This document shows positions 8,343-16,628 of a stretch of 60,839 bases of DNA, in pieces; the stretch's first letter is position 1, and each line of letters opens with the position of its first letter. The stretch is from assembly GCA_022750375.1 (NCBI GenBank), contig JAKIVU010000007.1, forward strand, positions 1-60,839. The letters are read 5' to 3'. The stretch is from Thermoplasmata archaeon (GTDB lineage Archaea > Thermoplasmatota > Thermoplasmata > Lutacidiplasmatales > UBA184). The position numbers were made by a program, and so were the translations under genes. The notes below the pieces were generated by a model that saw nothing but the letters and a program-made list of their open reading frames with translations, did not search any database and was not told where the DNA came from.

Positions 8343-9470
8343 TTAGCGTACGACGTCGATGTCCGGCCCCGGCTTTCTGCCCGGACCCGACCCCGGCGCG
8401 GCGCCCCCGAAAATCTGGGGGGATTTAACTCCGGTTACCACGAGCATGACGCGGATCGTGCTCTGCATCGTCGGGTCGACGGCGGCGCCCCAGATGATCC
8501 GCGCCGTCGGACTGATCGCCTTCTGGACGACCTCGGCGGCCTTCTGCGCCTCGCTTACGGTCATGTCGGGACCGCCGGTGACGTTGATGAGCGCCCCCGA
8601 CGCGCCGGCGATGTCGACCCGCAGGAGCGGGGAGTTGATCGCCTCCAGGACGGCGTCCTCGGCGCGATTCTCGCTCTCCGACTCACCGATGCCGATCAGC
8701 GCGACCCCTCCGCCTTTCATGATCGTGCGGAGGTCGTTGAAATCGAGGTTGACGAGTCCCGGACGGGTGATGATCTCCGTGATCCCGCGGATCGCCCGGG
8801 CGAGCACGGAGTCCGCGACCTTGAACGCGGTCTGGATCGGCAGACGGGGCACGAGCTCGAGGAGTCGGTCGTTCGGGATCGTGATGACGGTGTCGATCGT
8901 CTGCCGGAGGCGTTCGAGCCCCCACATCGCGTTCTCCGCCCGGACCAGTCCCTCCGAGGCGAACGGGAGCGTGCAGACGGCGATCGTGAGCGGGTTGCCG
9001 CCGTTCGCGTCCTTGGCGCACTGCGCGACGACCGGCGCGGAGCCCGTGCCGGTTCCGCCGCCCAGTCCGAGCGTGATGAAGACCATGTCCGAGTTCGCGA
9101 GGGCTTTCTTGATCTCGTCCTCCGCCTCCTTCGCCGCCTGTTCGCCGACCTGGGGGAGTGCGCCGGCGCCGAGACCGCGGGTCAGTCGGCGACCGAGGAG
9201 GATCTTCTTTGGCGCGTGAATCGCCAACAGATGCTGCGCATCGGTGTTGCACGCCACCATGTCCGCCCCGCCGAGCCCTTCCTCCGCGAGTCGATTGATG
9301 GTGTTGCATCCGCCGCCGCCGCATCCGACGACCTTGATATTCGTTTTGAGCGAGGCGAGCACCGCCTCGAGCTCCGCGTCATCGTTCAGGGGAGGAGGCG
9401 GGGCCTCGGCGGCGCGTTTCGAGTCTCCCGGCAGGTGGGACAGAATCTCCTGAGCTAGCGGTCGCATCAC
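8343..9470 (-). CDS. ftsZ: Cell division protein FtsZ
   Basis: VVGCGGGGCN, NTDAQHL, tubulin signature GLGGGTGTG, INLDFND-like VNLDFNDL, IIWGA. Confidence 0.98.
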   Translation of the reverse strand: MMRPLAQEILSHLPGDSKRAAEAPPPPLNDDAELEAVLASLKTNIKVVGCGGGGCNTINRLAEEGLGGADMVACNTDAQHLLAIHAPKKILLGRRLTRGLGAGALPQVGEQAAKEAEDEIKKALANSDMVFITLGLGGGTGTGSAPVVAQCAKDANGGNPLTIAVCTLPFASEGLVRAENAMWGLERLRQTIDTVITIPNDRLLELVPRLPIQTAFKVADSVLARAIRGITEIITRPGLVNLDFNDLRTIMKGGGVALIGIGESESENRAEDAVLEAINSPLLRVDIAGASGALINVTGGPDMTVSEAQKAAEVVQKAISPTARIIWGAAVDPTMQSTIRVMLVVTGVKSPQIFGGAAPGSGPGRKPGPDIDVVR

Positions 9471-9505
9471 GGCGGTAACCCTATCGGCGGAAGAGCAGTG
9501 GCCAC

Positions 9506-9513
9506 ATTATAAA
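9506..9513. promoter_or_regulatory. Shared TATA element for the divergent ftsZ and mptE-like genes
   Basis: ATTATAAA about 26 nt before the ATG at 9539; reads TTTATAAT on the minus strand, about 36 nt before ftsZ. Confidence 0.6.
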
Positions 9514-9538
9514 GCGTCTGTCGGCTCGGGCCTCAGAG

Positions 9539-10282
9539 ATGCAGTACTCGGCGTGGGCGCCGTTCTACGCGCAGATCGCGAAGGAGTTCGGGTTCCCGTT
9601 CGACCGGGAAGAACGGTCGGCAGACCGGCTGGAGCGACTGTTGCCGCCCGCCGCCCGTTCCGAGCCGTTGGCTCGCATCCATCACCGACTCTCGGGCCGG
9701 GACGTCATCGTCGTCGGGCTCGCCCCGCGGGCCGGTCCGCCTCCGATCTGGCGTCTGCCGATGACCGGACGCAGTCCGGTAGTGGTCGCCGCGGATGGCG
9801 CGACCGTCGCGTGCCTGGACGCGGGCATCGTTCCCTCCCTGATCGTCTCGGACCTCGACGGACCGCTCGCGAGCGAGGTGGGCGCGAACCGACGCGGCAG
9901 CCTGGTGGTGGTGCACGCCCACGGCGACAATCAAGAAGCCCTATCGGAGTGGGTGCCTCAGTTCCCCGGGGAATTGGCGGGGTCGTGGGCCGGGCCACCG
10001 CGTCCGATGATCTTTAACGTCGGAGGGTTCACGGATGGAGACCGAGCGGTCTTCCTCGCCGAGCATTCGGGCGCTCATCGCATCCTTCTCTGGGGATTCG
10101 ATTTCGACAGGGTGGAAGAACCCGACCCCACGGCGCGCGCCCGGAAACTCGCGAAACTCGCCTGGGCTCGCCGCCTGATCGGGGAGTTGGCCCGCACGGG
10201 AGGCTCCCCGATCGAGCTCTGGCAGCGGGACGGCAGTCAGATCCCCTATCCCGCCGGCAACAGCGTTGCATCGACGAGGTAG
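9539..10282 (+). CDS. 6-hydroxymethylpterin diphosphokinase MptE-like (DUF115)
   Basis: Y..I...FG, VAADGA, IVSDLDG, VHAHGDN, GGFTDGDRA, LWGFDF. Confidence 0.85.
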   Translation: MQYSAWAPFYAQIAKEFGFPFDREERSADRLERLLPPAARSEPLARIHHRLSGRDVIVVGLAPRAGPPPIWRLPMTGRSPVVVAADGATVACLDAGIVPSLIVSDLDGPLASEVGANRRGSLVVVHAHGDNQEALSEWVPQFPGELAGSWAGPPRPMIFNVGGFTDGDRAVFLAEHSGAHRILLWGFDFDRVEEPDPTARARKLAKLAWARRLIGELARTGGSPIELWQRDGSQIPYPAGNSVASTR

Positions 10283-12084
10283 ACGACGTCCTGCCCATTC
10301 TCATAGAGCAGGACGAACGGGAGTCCCCCGAACCACTCGATCGCCGGGCTCGACAGCGGGTGGGCCTGCGCCGACGGATTGAGCGCCACCCCCGCATACA
10401 TGACCGAGTCGACCGCGACGAGGTCGATGGGGAGCGCCACGTCCGGCGCGCTCGAACGATCGAGCTCGGCGACCGCGGCCGTCCAATTGTTCCCCGTGAA
10501 GAGCGCGGGGGTGGAATCCCACGTCGCCGGGTTCCCGTCGAACCCGAAGATCATCGAACTCAGACGGTGGTCGCTCGCCACGACGGCGGACCGGGGTTCG
10601 GCGATCCCGATCCACATCCAGATTCCCGCGTCCCCGTGCGTGAGGCCTTCCTCGAACCCTCCGAGGTCGGCCTGCGGCGGGTAGACGATCGCCGCGTTCG
10701 CGGCGAGCAGCAGCACGACCCCGAGGCAGGCCGCGAGGAACGCCCGTCGCCCCGCGCGGTCCCCGGTCCGCGCGACGAGCCGCGCGAGACCGACCGCAAG
10801 GAGCAGCCCGAGCGGGATGAACAGGTATTCGGCAAACCGTTCGGGAGGGAGGGCGGCGGCGAAGTTGGCGGCCGCCGTGCCGGGGAGTCCTCCGGCGATC
10901 AGCACGACCACCGCCGAGAATGCGAGGGCACCGAGCCACGCGAGACCGTACGGCCCGAGCCGGGACGGGGTCAGCGCCTTGCGGCTCCCGCTCGCGAAGA
11001 CGACGAGGGCGAGCACCGGACTGAACCAGAGGATCGCCGCCCCGCTCGTGGTCTGGGTCGTGCCGGGGAGGGGCACGAAGAGGAGGAGGGCGATCCCCCC
11101 GAAGATGCCCACCAGCAGGATCACGAAATCCCGGAGGACGCTGCGGTCGGTCGGGAGTCGAACCCAGGCTCGAGTGCGACGGAAGTGGGCTCGCCGCCAT
11201 CGGACGAGCAGCGCGGTCACGAGGACCACGACGAGACCGACCGCTTCGAACGCCGCGAACGCGAGCCCGGGAGTCGCTCCGATCGACGCCGGGAACGCGG
11301 GGAGGATGACCTTGGAGACGAACGACGTCGTCCCGAAGAACCAGAACAGCAACGTAGCGGTCAGGAAGGTCCCGAGGAAGAGAAACTCCCGCGAGGGGAA
11401 CCGTCGGCTCCACAGTCCAGGGCGCCAGAGCTCGAGGAATAGGAGACCACCGAGCGCGCCGACGAGGAAGAAGTAGGTCGAAAGATGGTGCGTGAAGATG
11501 AGGGCCGCTCCCGTTAACGATAGGGGGAGGAACCACCGTTGGTCCCGTCGGCTCTCCAGGAACATCCAGAGCGCGGCCACCCCGAGAAAGTCGCCGAGCG
11601 CGAGGGGAGCCGCATGCGCGATCGAGAACAACCGGGGCATCGCGACCGATGCGATCGCCGCCGCGAGCAGGGCGACCGAGTCGTTCGGATAGAGTCGGCG
11701 AAACAACAGGAAGAGCGGCAGGACCGAGAGGACTGCGATGACCGGGATGATCACGGTGAGTGCCGTGAACGGGTCGAGCCCCACCGCTCCCGCGCCCGCG
11801 CCGGCGAGCAGGAACGTCCCGGGGAAATCCGGGTAAGCAGTACCCCAGCCTCCGTACGCCGTTCCGAGCGGAAGATGCCCGCTGGAGAGGAGCGTGGAGG
11901 TGAGTCGGAAATACTCCCCTGTATCCGAGCCGAATACTGCGTAGGAGAGGTACGGTTCAAGAGCGAGGAACACGAGGAGGAGCGCAAGCCCCCCCAGGAA
12001 GAGCACCGTTTCCGGGCGCACGGAGGGGCCCGGGAGGATTGCCGTCAGGGACCGGCGAGGTTCCGTCGGCTGCGCGGGGCTCAT
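10246..12084 (-). CDS. Polytopic membrane protein, probable GT-C-fold glycosyltransferase-like
   Basis: About 13 hydrophobic segments; GSDTGEYF...AYPDFPG loop after TM1; FTHHLS; C-terminal soluble domain. Confidence 0.7.
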   Translation of the reverse strand: MSPAQPTEPRRSLTAILPGPSVRPETVLFLGGLALLLVFLALEPYLSYAVFGSDTGEYFRLTSTLLSSGHLPLGTAYGGWGTAYPDFPGTFLLAGAGAGAVGLDPFTALTVIIPVIAVLSVLPLFLLFRRLYPNDSVALLAAAIASVAMPRLFSIAHAAPLALGDFLGVAALWMFLESRRDQRWFLPLSLTGAALIFTHHLSTYFFLVGALGGLLFLELWRPGLWSRRFPSREFLFLGTFLTATLLFWFFGTTSFVSKVILPAFPASIGATPGLAFAAFEAVGLVVVLVTALLVRWRRAHFRRTRAWVRLPTDRSVLRDFVILLVGIFGGIALLLFVPLPGTTQTTSGAAILWFSPVLALVVFASGSRKALTPSRLGPYGLAWLGALAFSAVVVLIAGGLPGTAAANFAAALPPERFAEYLFIPLGLLLAVGLARLVARTGDRAGRRAFLAACLGVVLLLAANAAIVYPPQADLGGFEEGLTHGDAGIWMWIGIAEPRSAVVASDHRLSSMIFGFDGNPATWDSTPALFTGNNWTAAVAELDRSSAPDVALPIDLVAVDSVMYAGVALNPSAQAHPLSSPAIEWFGGLPFVLLYENGQDVVYLVDATLLPAG

Positions 12085-12214
12085 CAGAACGGACCAAACT
12101 GGGGCCCGGCCTATAGGTATTGGGTCGGAGGCGCGGGATCGTCCCTGCGTCGTCGTTCTGCCACCATACGCCTAAATAGAGGGGTCTGGTGCGGCCGCTT
12201 CGAGGCAGGCACGA

Positions 12215-12592
12215 ATGCCCTCCGCCCGGCGTCAGAAATCAAAGGCAAAACCGGCCCTTCGCAGGGCCGCGCCCGCGCGAAAACCCGCCGCCAAGAAGTC
12301 TTCGGGAGCGAGCGCTCGCAAGCCACCCACCGCCAAAGCCGCGCCAAAATCCTCTCACTCCGGTGCTTCCAAGTCCCCGGCCAAGGCGAGTTCCCCGTCG
12401 GCGGCCGTGATGCCGGTCGTCCGCCGCGCCGATGGCCGGGCCCACGTGCTCTCCCTCTCGTTCGTGCGTGAGGGGGACGAGTTCCTCGCCCGCATGGAGA
12501 CCGACTCGGGGCAGATCACCGAACTCAAGAACCGGTCCCTCGACCAGCTCCTCACGCTCGTCGCGAGCGAGCTCGAAGACCTGTTGGAGTGA
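12215..12592 (+). CDS. Lys/Ala/Ser/Pro-rich basic protein with an acidic C-terminal domain
   Basis: N-terminal AKPA/KPAAKK/KSPAK repeats; C-terminal domain ends LVASELEDLLE; CTAAATAG TATA-like element upstream. Confidence 0.75.
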   Translation: MPSARRQKSKAKPALRRAAPARKPAAKKSSGASARKPPTAKAAPKSSHSGASKSPAKASSPSAAVMPVVRRADGRAHVLSLSFVREGDEFLARMETDSGQITELKNRSLDQLLTLVASELEDLLE

Positions 12593-12606
12593 GCCACCGC
12601 CCTCCC

Positions 12607-13173
12607 CTACCGGGGGTCGGGGCGGCGCTCGGGCAGCAAGCCTTCCTCGAGGTGGTACGTTCGTCGATGGCCCGCTTCGTCCAGGACCTCCACGGCCTCG
12701 ACCGCACGGCTCGAAAGGAAGCTCCTCGGGTAGCGGTGCACGACCGACACTCGGATCTCCCCCACGGGGGGGAACTTCCGACGGGTCCCCCAGGATTCTC
12801 GGATGACCACCGAGTCGGGACGGACCTCGACCGTTCGGGGCACCGGTCCGGCGGCGACCCAAATTCCGCCGATCGCGAGCGCGGCGGCGATCGCGCTGAA
12901 GTAGATCATGCCGGTTTCGGCTACCGAACTCGTCCCCCCGGGGGAGGAGCGGTCGAGGAGCACGAACCCCACGTAGAGCACCAAGAGGGTTCCGAGGTAG
13001 ATGACGAGCAGACGGCGGGCGCGTTCCAACGCCGCCTGGTTGTATCGAATGTCGGGCTTGCCGACGGGAGCCGCCTCCGGGCCGGGGGTCGACCACGGGG
13101 GCGGATCTTCGCTCGCGGTCCTGGACGTCGCGCCACTCGCACGCGGGATCCGGATCGCTCTCGGGCTCGCCAC
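12607..13173 (-). CDS. Two-TM membrane protein with a PH-like cytoplasmic domain
   Basis: Two TM helices, then beta-rich VEVRPDSVVIRESWG...VEVLDEAGHRRTY. Confidence 0.65.
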   Translation of the reverse strand: MASPRAIRIPRASGATSRTASEDPPPWSTPGPEAAPVGKPDIRYNQAALERARRLLVIYLGTLLVLYVGFVLLDRSSPGGTSSVAETGMIYFSAIAAALAIGGIWVAAGPVPRTVEVRPDSVVIRESWGTRRKFPPVGEIRVSVVHRYPRSFLSSRAVEAVEVLDEAGHRRTYHLEEGLLPERRPDPR

Positions 13174-13240
13174 CGGACGTACTCGGGGAAGAAGGGCGCC
13201 CGCCGAGCCTTAAACCTACGCGTGGGCACGGCGGGGCGGT

Positions 13241-14347
13241 TCAGGTTTCGAGGTGTGCGTGGACCGCACTGGACGGAACGTTCGGATGCGGCAGCGGAGC
13301 GTCGAGGTCGACGATCGGCACTTTCCGTGCGATCTCCGCCGCCATTGCGGAGCACGTCGACGGCGGGACGGGAGTGAGCGTATACCCGGGCAACGCGAGG
13401 TCGTACGTCACGAACTTCTTCTCCGCGATCGTCTCCCACACCGCCCGGAACACCCGGTCGGCGGCCTCGGTCTCCCCGATATGGCGGAGGAGCAGTTCCA
13501 CGCAGAGGATCTCTGCGGTCGGGTCGGCCTTGTCCGAACCGGCGTACTTGGGCGCCGAGCCATGGACCGGCTCGAACACCGCGAGCGTGTCTCCGAAGAG
13601 CGCCCCGGGCGCGACGCCGAGGCCCCCCGCGAGCCCCGCGGTGAGGTCCGAGAGAATGTCCCCGAACAGGTTCGTGGTGACGATCATGTCGTAGTCGGAC
13701 GGCTTCTTCGCGAGCTGCATGCACATGTTGTCGATCAGCCGTTCGTCCGCGAGGATTTCCGGGTACTTCGGCGCCATCTCCCGGAACGCCGTCTGGAACA
13801 GCGCCCCGGTGGTTTTCATGATGTTCGCTTTGTGGACCGCCGTGAGGTGCTTTCGCCGCTCCCGGCGCGCGAGTTCGAAGGCGAACTTGATGATCCGGTC
13901 GGACGCCTTCCGGGTGATGATGTTCACGGTCTCCGCCGCCGAGTGGTCCCGGTCGACCCAGTGCTCTACGCCGGAGTAGAGGCCCTCCGTCGCCTCCCGG
14001 ACCACGATCAGGTCGGTCTCGGGGTACCGGGTGCCTTCGCCCGCGATTGCGCGGGCCGGACGGACCGACGCGAAGAGGTCGAGTTGCTGACGGAGCGCGA
14101 CGTTCACCGAGCGGAACCCGGCGCCGATGGGGGTCGTGATCGGGCCCTTCAGCGCGAGGCGGTTCTTTCGGATCGAGTCGAAGACGGCGTCGGGGAGCGG
14201 ATTTCCGGATTGCTTGATCGCTTTCTCGCCGGCCTCCACGACCTCCCAGTCGATCTCCACGCCCGTGGCGTCGGCGACCTGGCGGGCGGCGTTCGTGACT
14301 TCGGGTCCGATCCCGTCCCCGGGAATCAACGTCACGCGATAGCCCAT
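13241..14347 (-). CDS. Isocitrate/isopropylmalate dehydrogenase family protein
   Basis: VTLIPGDGIGPEV, LKGPITTP, SVNVALR, VREATEG, VHKANI, NLFGDILSDL, FEPVHGSAP. Confidence 0.95.
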   Translation of the reverse strand: MGYRVTLIPGDGIGPEVTNAARQVADATGVEIDWEVVEAGEKAIKQSGNPLPDAVFDSIRKNRLALKGPITTPIGAGFRSVNVALRQQLDLFASVRPARAIAGEGTRYPETDLIVVREATEGLYSGVEHWVDRDHSAAETVNIITRKASDRIIKFAFELARRERRKHLTAVHKANIMKTTGALFQTAFREMAPKYPEILADERLIDNMCMQLAKKPSDYDMIVTTNLFGDILSDLTAGLAGGLGVAPGALFGDTLAVFEPVHGSAPKYAGSDKADPTAEILCVELLLRHIGETEAADRVFRAVWETIAEKKFVTYDLALPGYTLTPVPPSTCSAMAAEIARKVPIVDLDAPLPHPNVPSSAVHAHLET

Positions 14348-14402
14348 CGTCCCTCTTCGGTCCGTCCGAGCAACGTGCGAATTTAAAGGAGAGGAACTCC
14401 GG

Positions 14403-15323
14403 CTACCTCGCACCGAGGACCGGTGCCGTCGCGGGCAATCGCAGGAGCACGCATCGCATCACGCGGTCGCGGACGAGCCCATCGTCCAGGATCGTCGACC
14501 AGATCACGATCACCGCGTCCCAGCTCATCGTGCCGATGTCGGTCACCTCGAGCCTCGGCGGGGTCCGGGCCGCGTCCTCGGGGAACGCCGTCGCGACGTC
14601 GGCGAGAGCGGCTTCCAGCACCTTGACGTCCACCGTGAACGGGAACGTCATCCGGACCCGATGCAACTTTGCCGCTCCCAGCTTGGGCTGGAGCACGAGG
14701 GCACTGAGGACGACCGAGTTCGGGACCTTTGCGAGGCCGCCCGCATCGAGTCGAAGGATCGTGTAGAGGAGTTCGACGTCCTCGATAGTACCCGAGTAGC
14801 TGGGGTACATCATCTCGTGCGGGTAGCTCGGCGCGAACGCGCCGTAACTCCCCGAAATGAAACTCACGCGATCGCCGGGGACGAACGGATTCGCGACGAC
14901 GAGCAACAGACCGGCAAAAACGTTGGACAGCACCGTCTGCGCGGCGAGACCCAGCACGATACCGGCGAACGCGCTTCCGAGGAAGATCGACTGCGCGGAG
15001 ACCCCCGACAGGTCGAACAGGGCAAGGATCGCGGCGACCGCGATGAGGAGGTTCAGGAAGATCCGGATCGTCGCACCGTGGCGAAGCTGGCCGCGCCGCC
15101 GCAGGACCTCGTCCGCCGCGCTCGTGAAGGCACGCGCCGCCGCGAAGGCGACGAGGAGGATCGCGCCGGCCTCGAGGAGCAGGACCTCTTCCGAGGAGAA
15201 CGGGTGCAGGAACTGGCGGTTGAACGCCGTGAACAGGACGTAAAGAGCGACCGCGAGAAACACCACGAGAACGAGGTTCCGGAAGAGGGTCCGGAGCGGG
15301 TGGTCCTGGGCGGGCGCCGCCAT
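14403..15323 (-). CDS. mscS: Small-conductance mechanosensitive channel
   Basis: AGIVLGLAAQTVLSNVFAG, PFVPGDR, GTIEDV, KVPNS. Start may be 15323 or 15350. Confidence 0.9.
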   Translation of the reverse strand: MAAPAQDHPLRTLFRNLVLVVFLAVALYVLFTAFNRQFLHPFSSEEVLLLEAGAILLVAFAAARAFTSAADEVLRRRGQLRHGATIRIFLNLLIAVAAILALFDLSGVSAQSIFLGSAFAGIVLGLAAQTVLSNVFAGLLLVVANPFVPGDRVSFISGSYGAFAPSYPHEMMYPSYSGTIEDVELLYTILRLDAGGLAKVPNSVVLSALVLQPKLGAAKLHRVRMTFPFTVDVKVLEAALADVATAFPEDAARTPPRLEVTDIGTMSWDAVIVIWSTILDDGLVRDRVMRCVLLRLPATAPVLGAR

Positions 15324-15390
15324 CGGGGCCCCGGAACCGGTGCGACCCATAGCCCTTTCCTGCGGTGAACGATGCGAATGTTAGAATTCT

Positions 15391-15407
15391 TATAACTGAT
15401 AGTTATA
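15391..15407. promoter_or_regulatory. Perfect inverted repeat TATAACT-gat-AGTTATA in an AT-rich divergent promoter
   Basis: Seen directly; the left arm overlaps a TTATAA box about 26 nt upstream of the ATG at 15417. Confidence 0.7.
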
Positions 15408-15416
15408 CAATAATTC

Positions 15417-16628
15417 ATGTTCCCCACGCCCCACTCCGAAGTGCTCGCCGAGGACTGGTTGCCTCCCGTCGTGCTCGGTCGCGAGGCCGAGGTGCTCGAG
15501 CTCGTACGTCAGCTCGACCCACCGCAGCCCCGGGCTCCCCCGCCATGGATGGCGGCGGCCGTCGGACCTCGAGGATCCGGCACCTCCGCGGTCGCGCGCC
15601 GTGCCGCGCGAGAGGTGGCGGACCGGGTGCGATCGTCGACAACCGGTCCGCCGCCACGTTGGATCGCGGTCCGAACGGCTCGGTACCGGGGGACCCACGG
15701 GGTCGCGTCCGCATTGCTCGCCAGCATCGACACCGGGTTCGACGGCCGGGGGTTCCCGATCGCGGAGATCCTCGCCGGATTCCTTCGCCGCCTCCGACGC
15801 GAGTCGCGACCCTGCGTTCTCGTTCTCGACGACGTGCGCGCCGGAGGACCGGACCTCGGTCCTATCCTGCGGGCACTGGGCGACCCCGACCGGTTCCTCC
15901 CGGAGGGAGAGAGCGGCCTTCCCCCCGTGTGGACCGTGCTCGCGGGCACGGCCGAGGCGATCCAACGGAACGAGCGGGAGCTCGGGGGACGCTGGCGGAT
16001 CGCGCCGTTCGTCTCCTTGTCACGGTATGAGCCGCACGGGCTGCGCGCCCTCGTCACCGACCGCGCGGCGAGGGCCGTCGGAACGACCGCCGCGCCGGAT
16101 CTCGTGGCGCGTATCGTAGAGAGCGTCGTCGCGGAAGGAGAGGGTGCGACCCGGGCGATCGACTTGCTGCGGCGCGCGTTGCTCGCTCCCCTCGGTCGCA
16201 GGTCCCGCCCGACCACGCTGCGTTCCCGAGACTCTGCGCTCCCGATCGAGTCCCGGGTCGTCCGAGCGATCGAGGAAGCGTCACGTACCGCCCCCGCTCG
16301 CCTCGGCGAAGTGCGTCGTTTCGAGGCACGCCTCGCCCGGGCGGAAGGGCGCTCCCCGCTCCCACCCACGACCCTCTGGCGGAGGATCGTACGGTTGGAG
16401 CAGGCGGGCTACGTTCGGCGGGAAGTGCGCCCGGGTGGAGTGGGCGGGACCCGGTCGCTGCTCCGGGTGATCGCCCCGGTCGAGGAGTGGGTGATCGCTA
16501 CGGATCCCCGGGAAACTCATCGAGCGTCCGGGGCGTGGAGCGAACCGGCGGGGCCGAGCGGGTGGGCGCCCGACGGGCCCGCGCGGGTTCCGGGGCTTCC
16601 CCTTCCACCGGACGACGAAGCTGGCTAG
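15417..16628 (+). CDS. Divergent Orc1/Cdc6-like AAA+ protein with a winged helix (degenerate Walker A)
   Basis: L..DWLP..VLGREAE, GPRGSGTS (P-loop Lys replaced by Thr), VLVLDD, RAIDLLRRA, C-terminal LEQAGYVRREVRPGGVGG wing. Confidence 0.8.
   Translation: MFPTPHSEVLAEDWLPPVVLGREAEVLELVRQLDPPQPRAPPPWMAAAVGPRGSGTSAVARRAAREVADRVRSSTTGPPPRWIAVRTARYRGTHGVASALLASIDTGFDGRGFPIAEILAGFLRRLRRESRPCVLVLDDVRAGGPDLGPILRALGDPDRFLPEGESGLPPVWTVLAGTAEAIQRNERELGGRWRIAPFVSLSRYEPHGLRALVTDRAARAVGTTAAPDLVARIVESVVAEGEGATRAIDLLRRALLAPLGRRSRPTTLRSRDSALPIESRVVRAIEEASRTAPARLGEVRRFEARLARAEGRSPLPPTTLWRRIVRLEQAGYVRREVRPGGVGGTRSLLRVIAPVEEWVIATDPRETHRASGAWSEPAGPSGWAPDGPARVPGLPLPPDDEAG

Noticed and set aside
15324-15416. Replication origin next to the cdc6-like gene
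   Set aside because: The gap is under 100 bp with no ORB-like repeats or G-strings, and the adjacent protein looks ATPase-defective.
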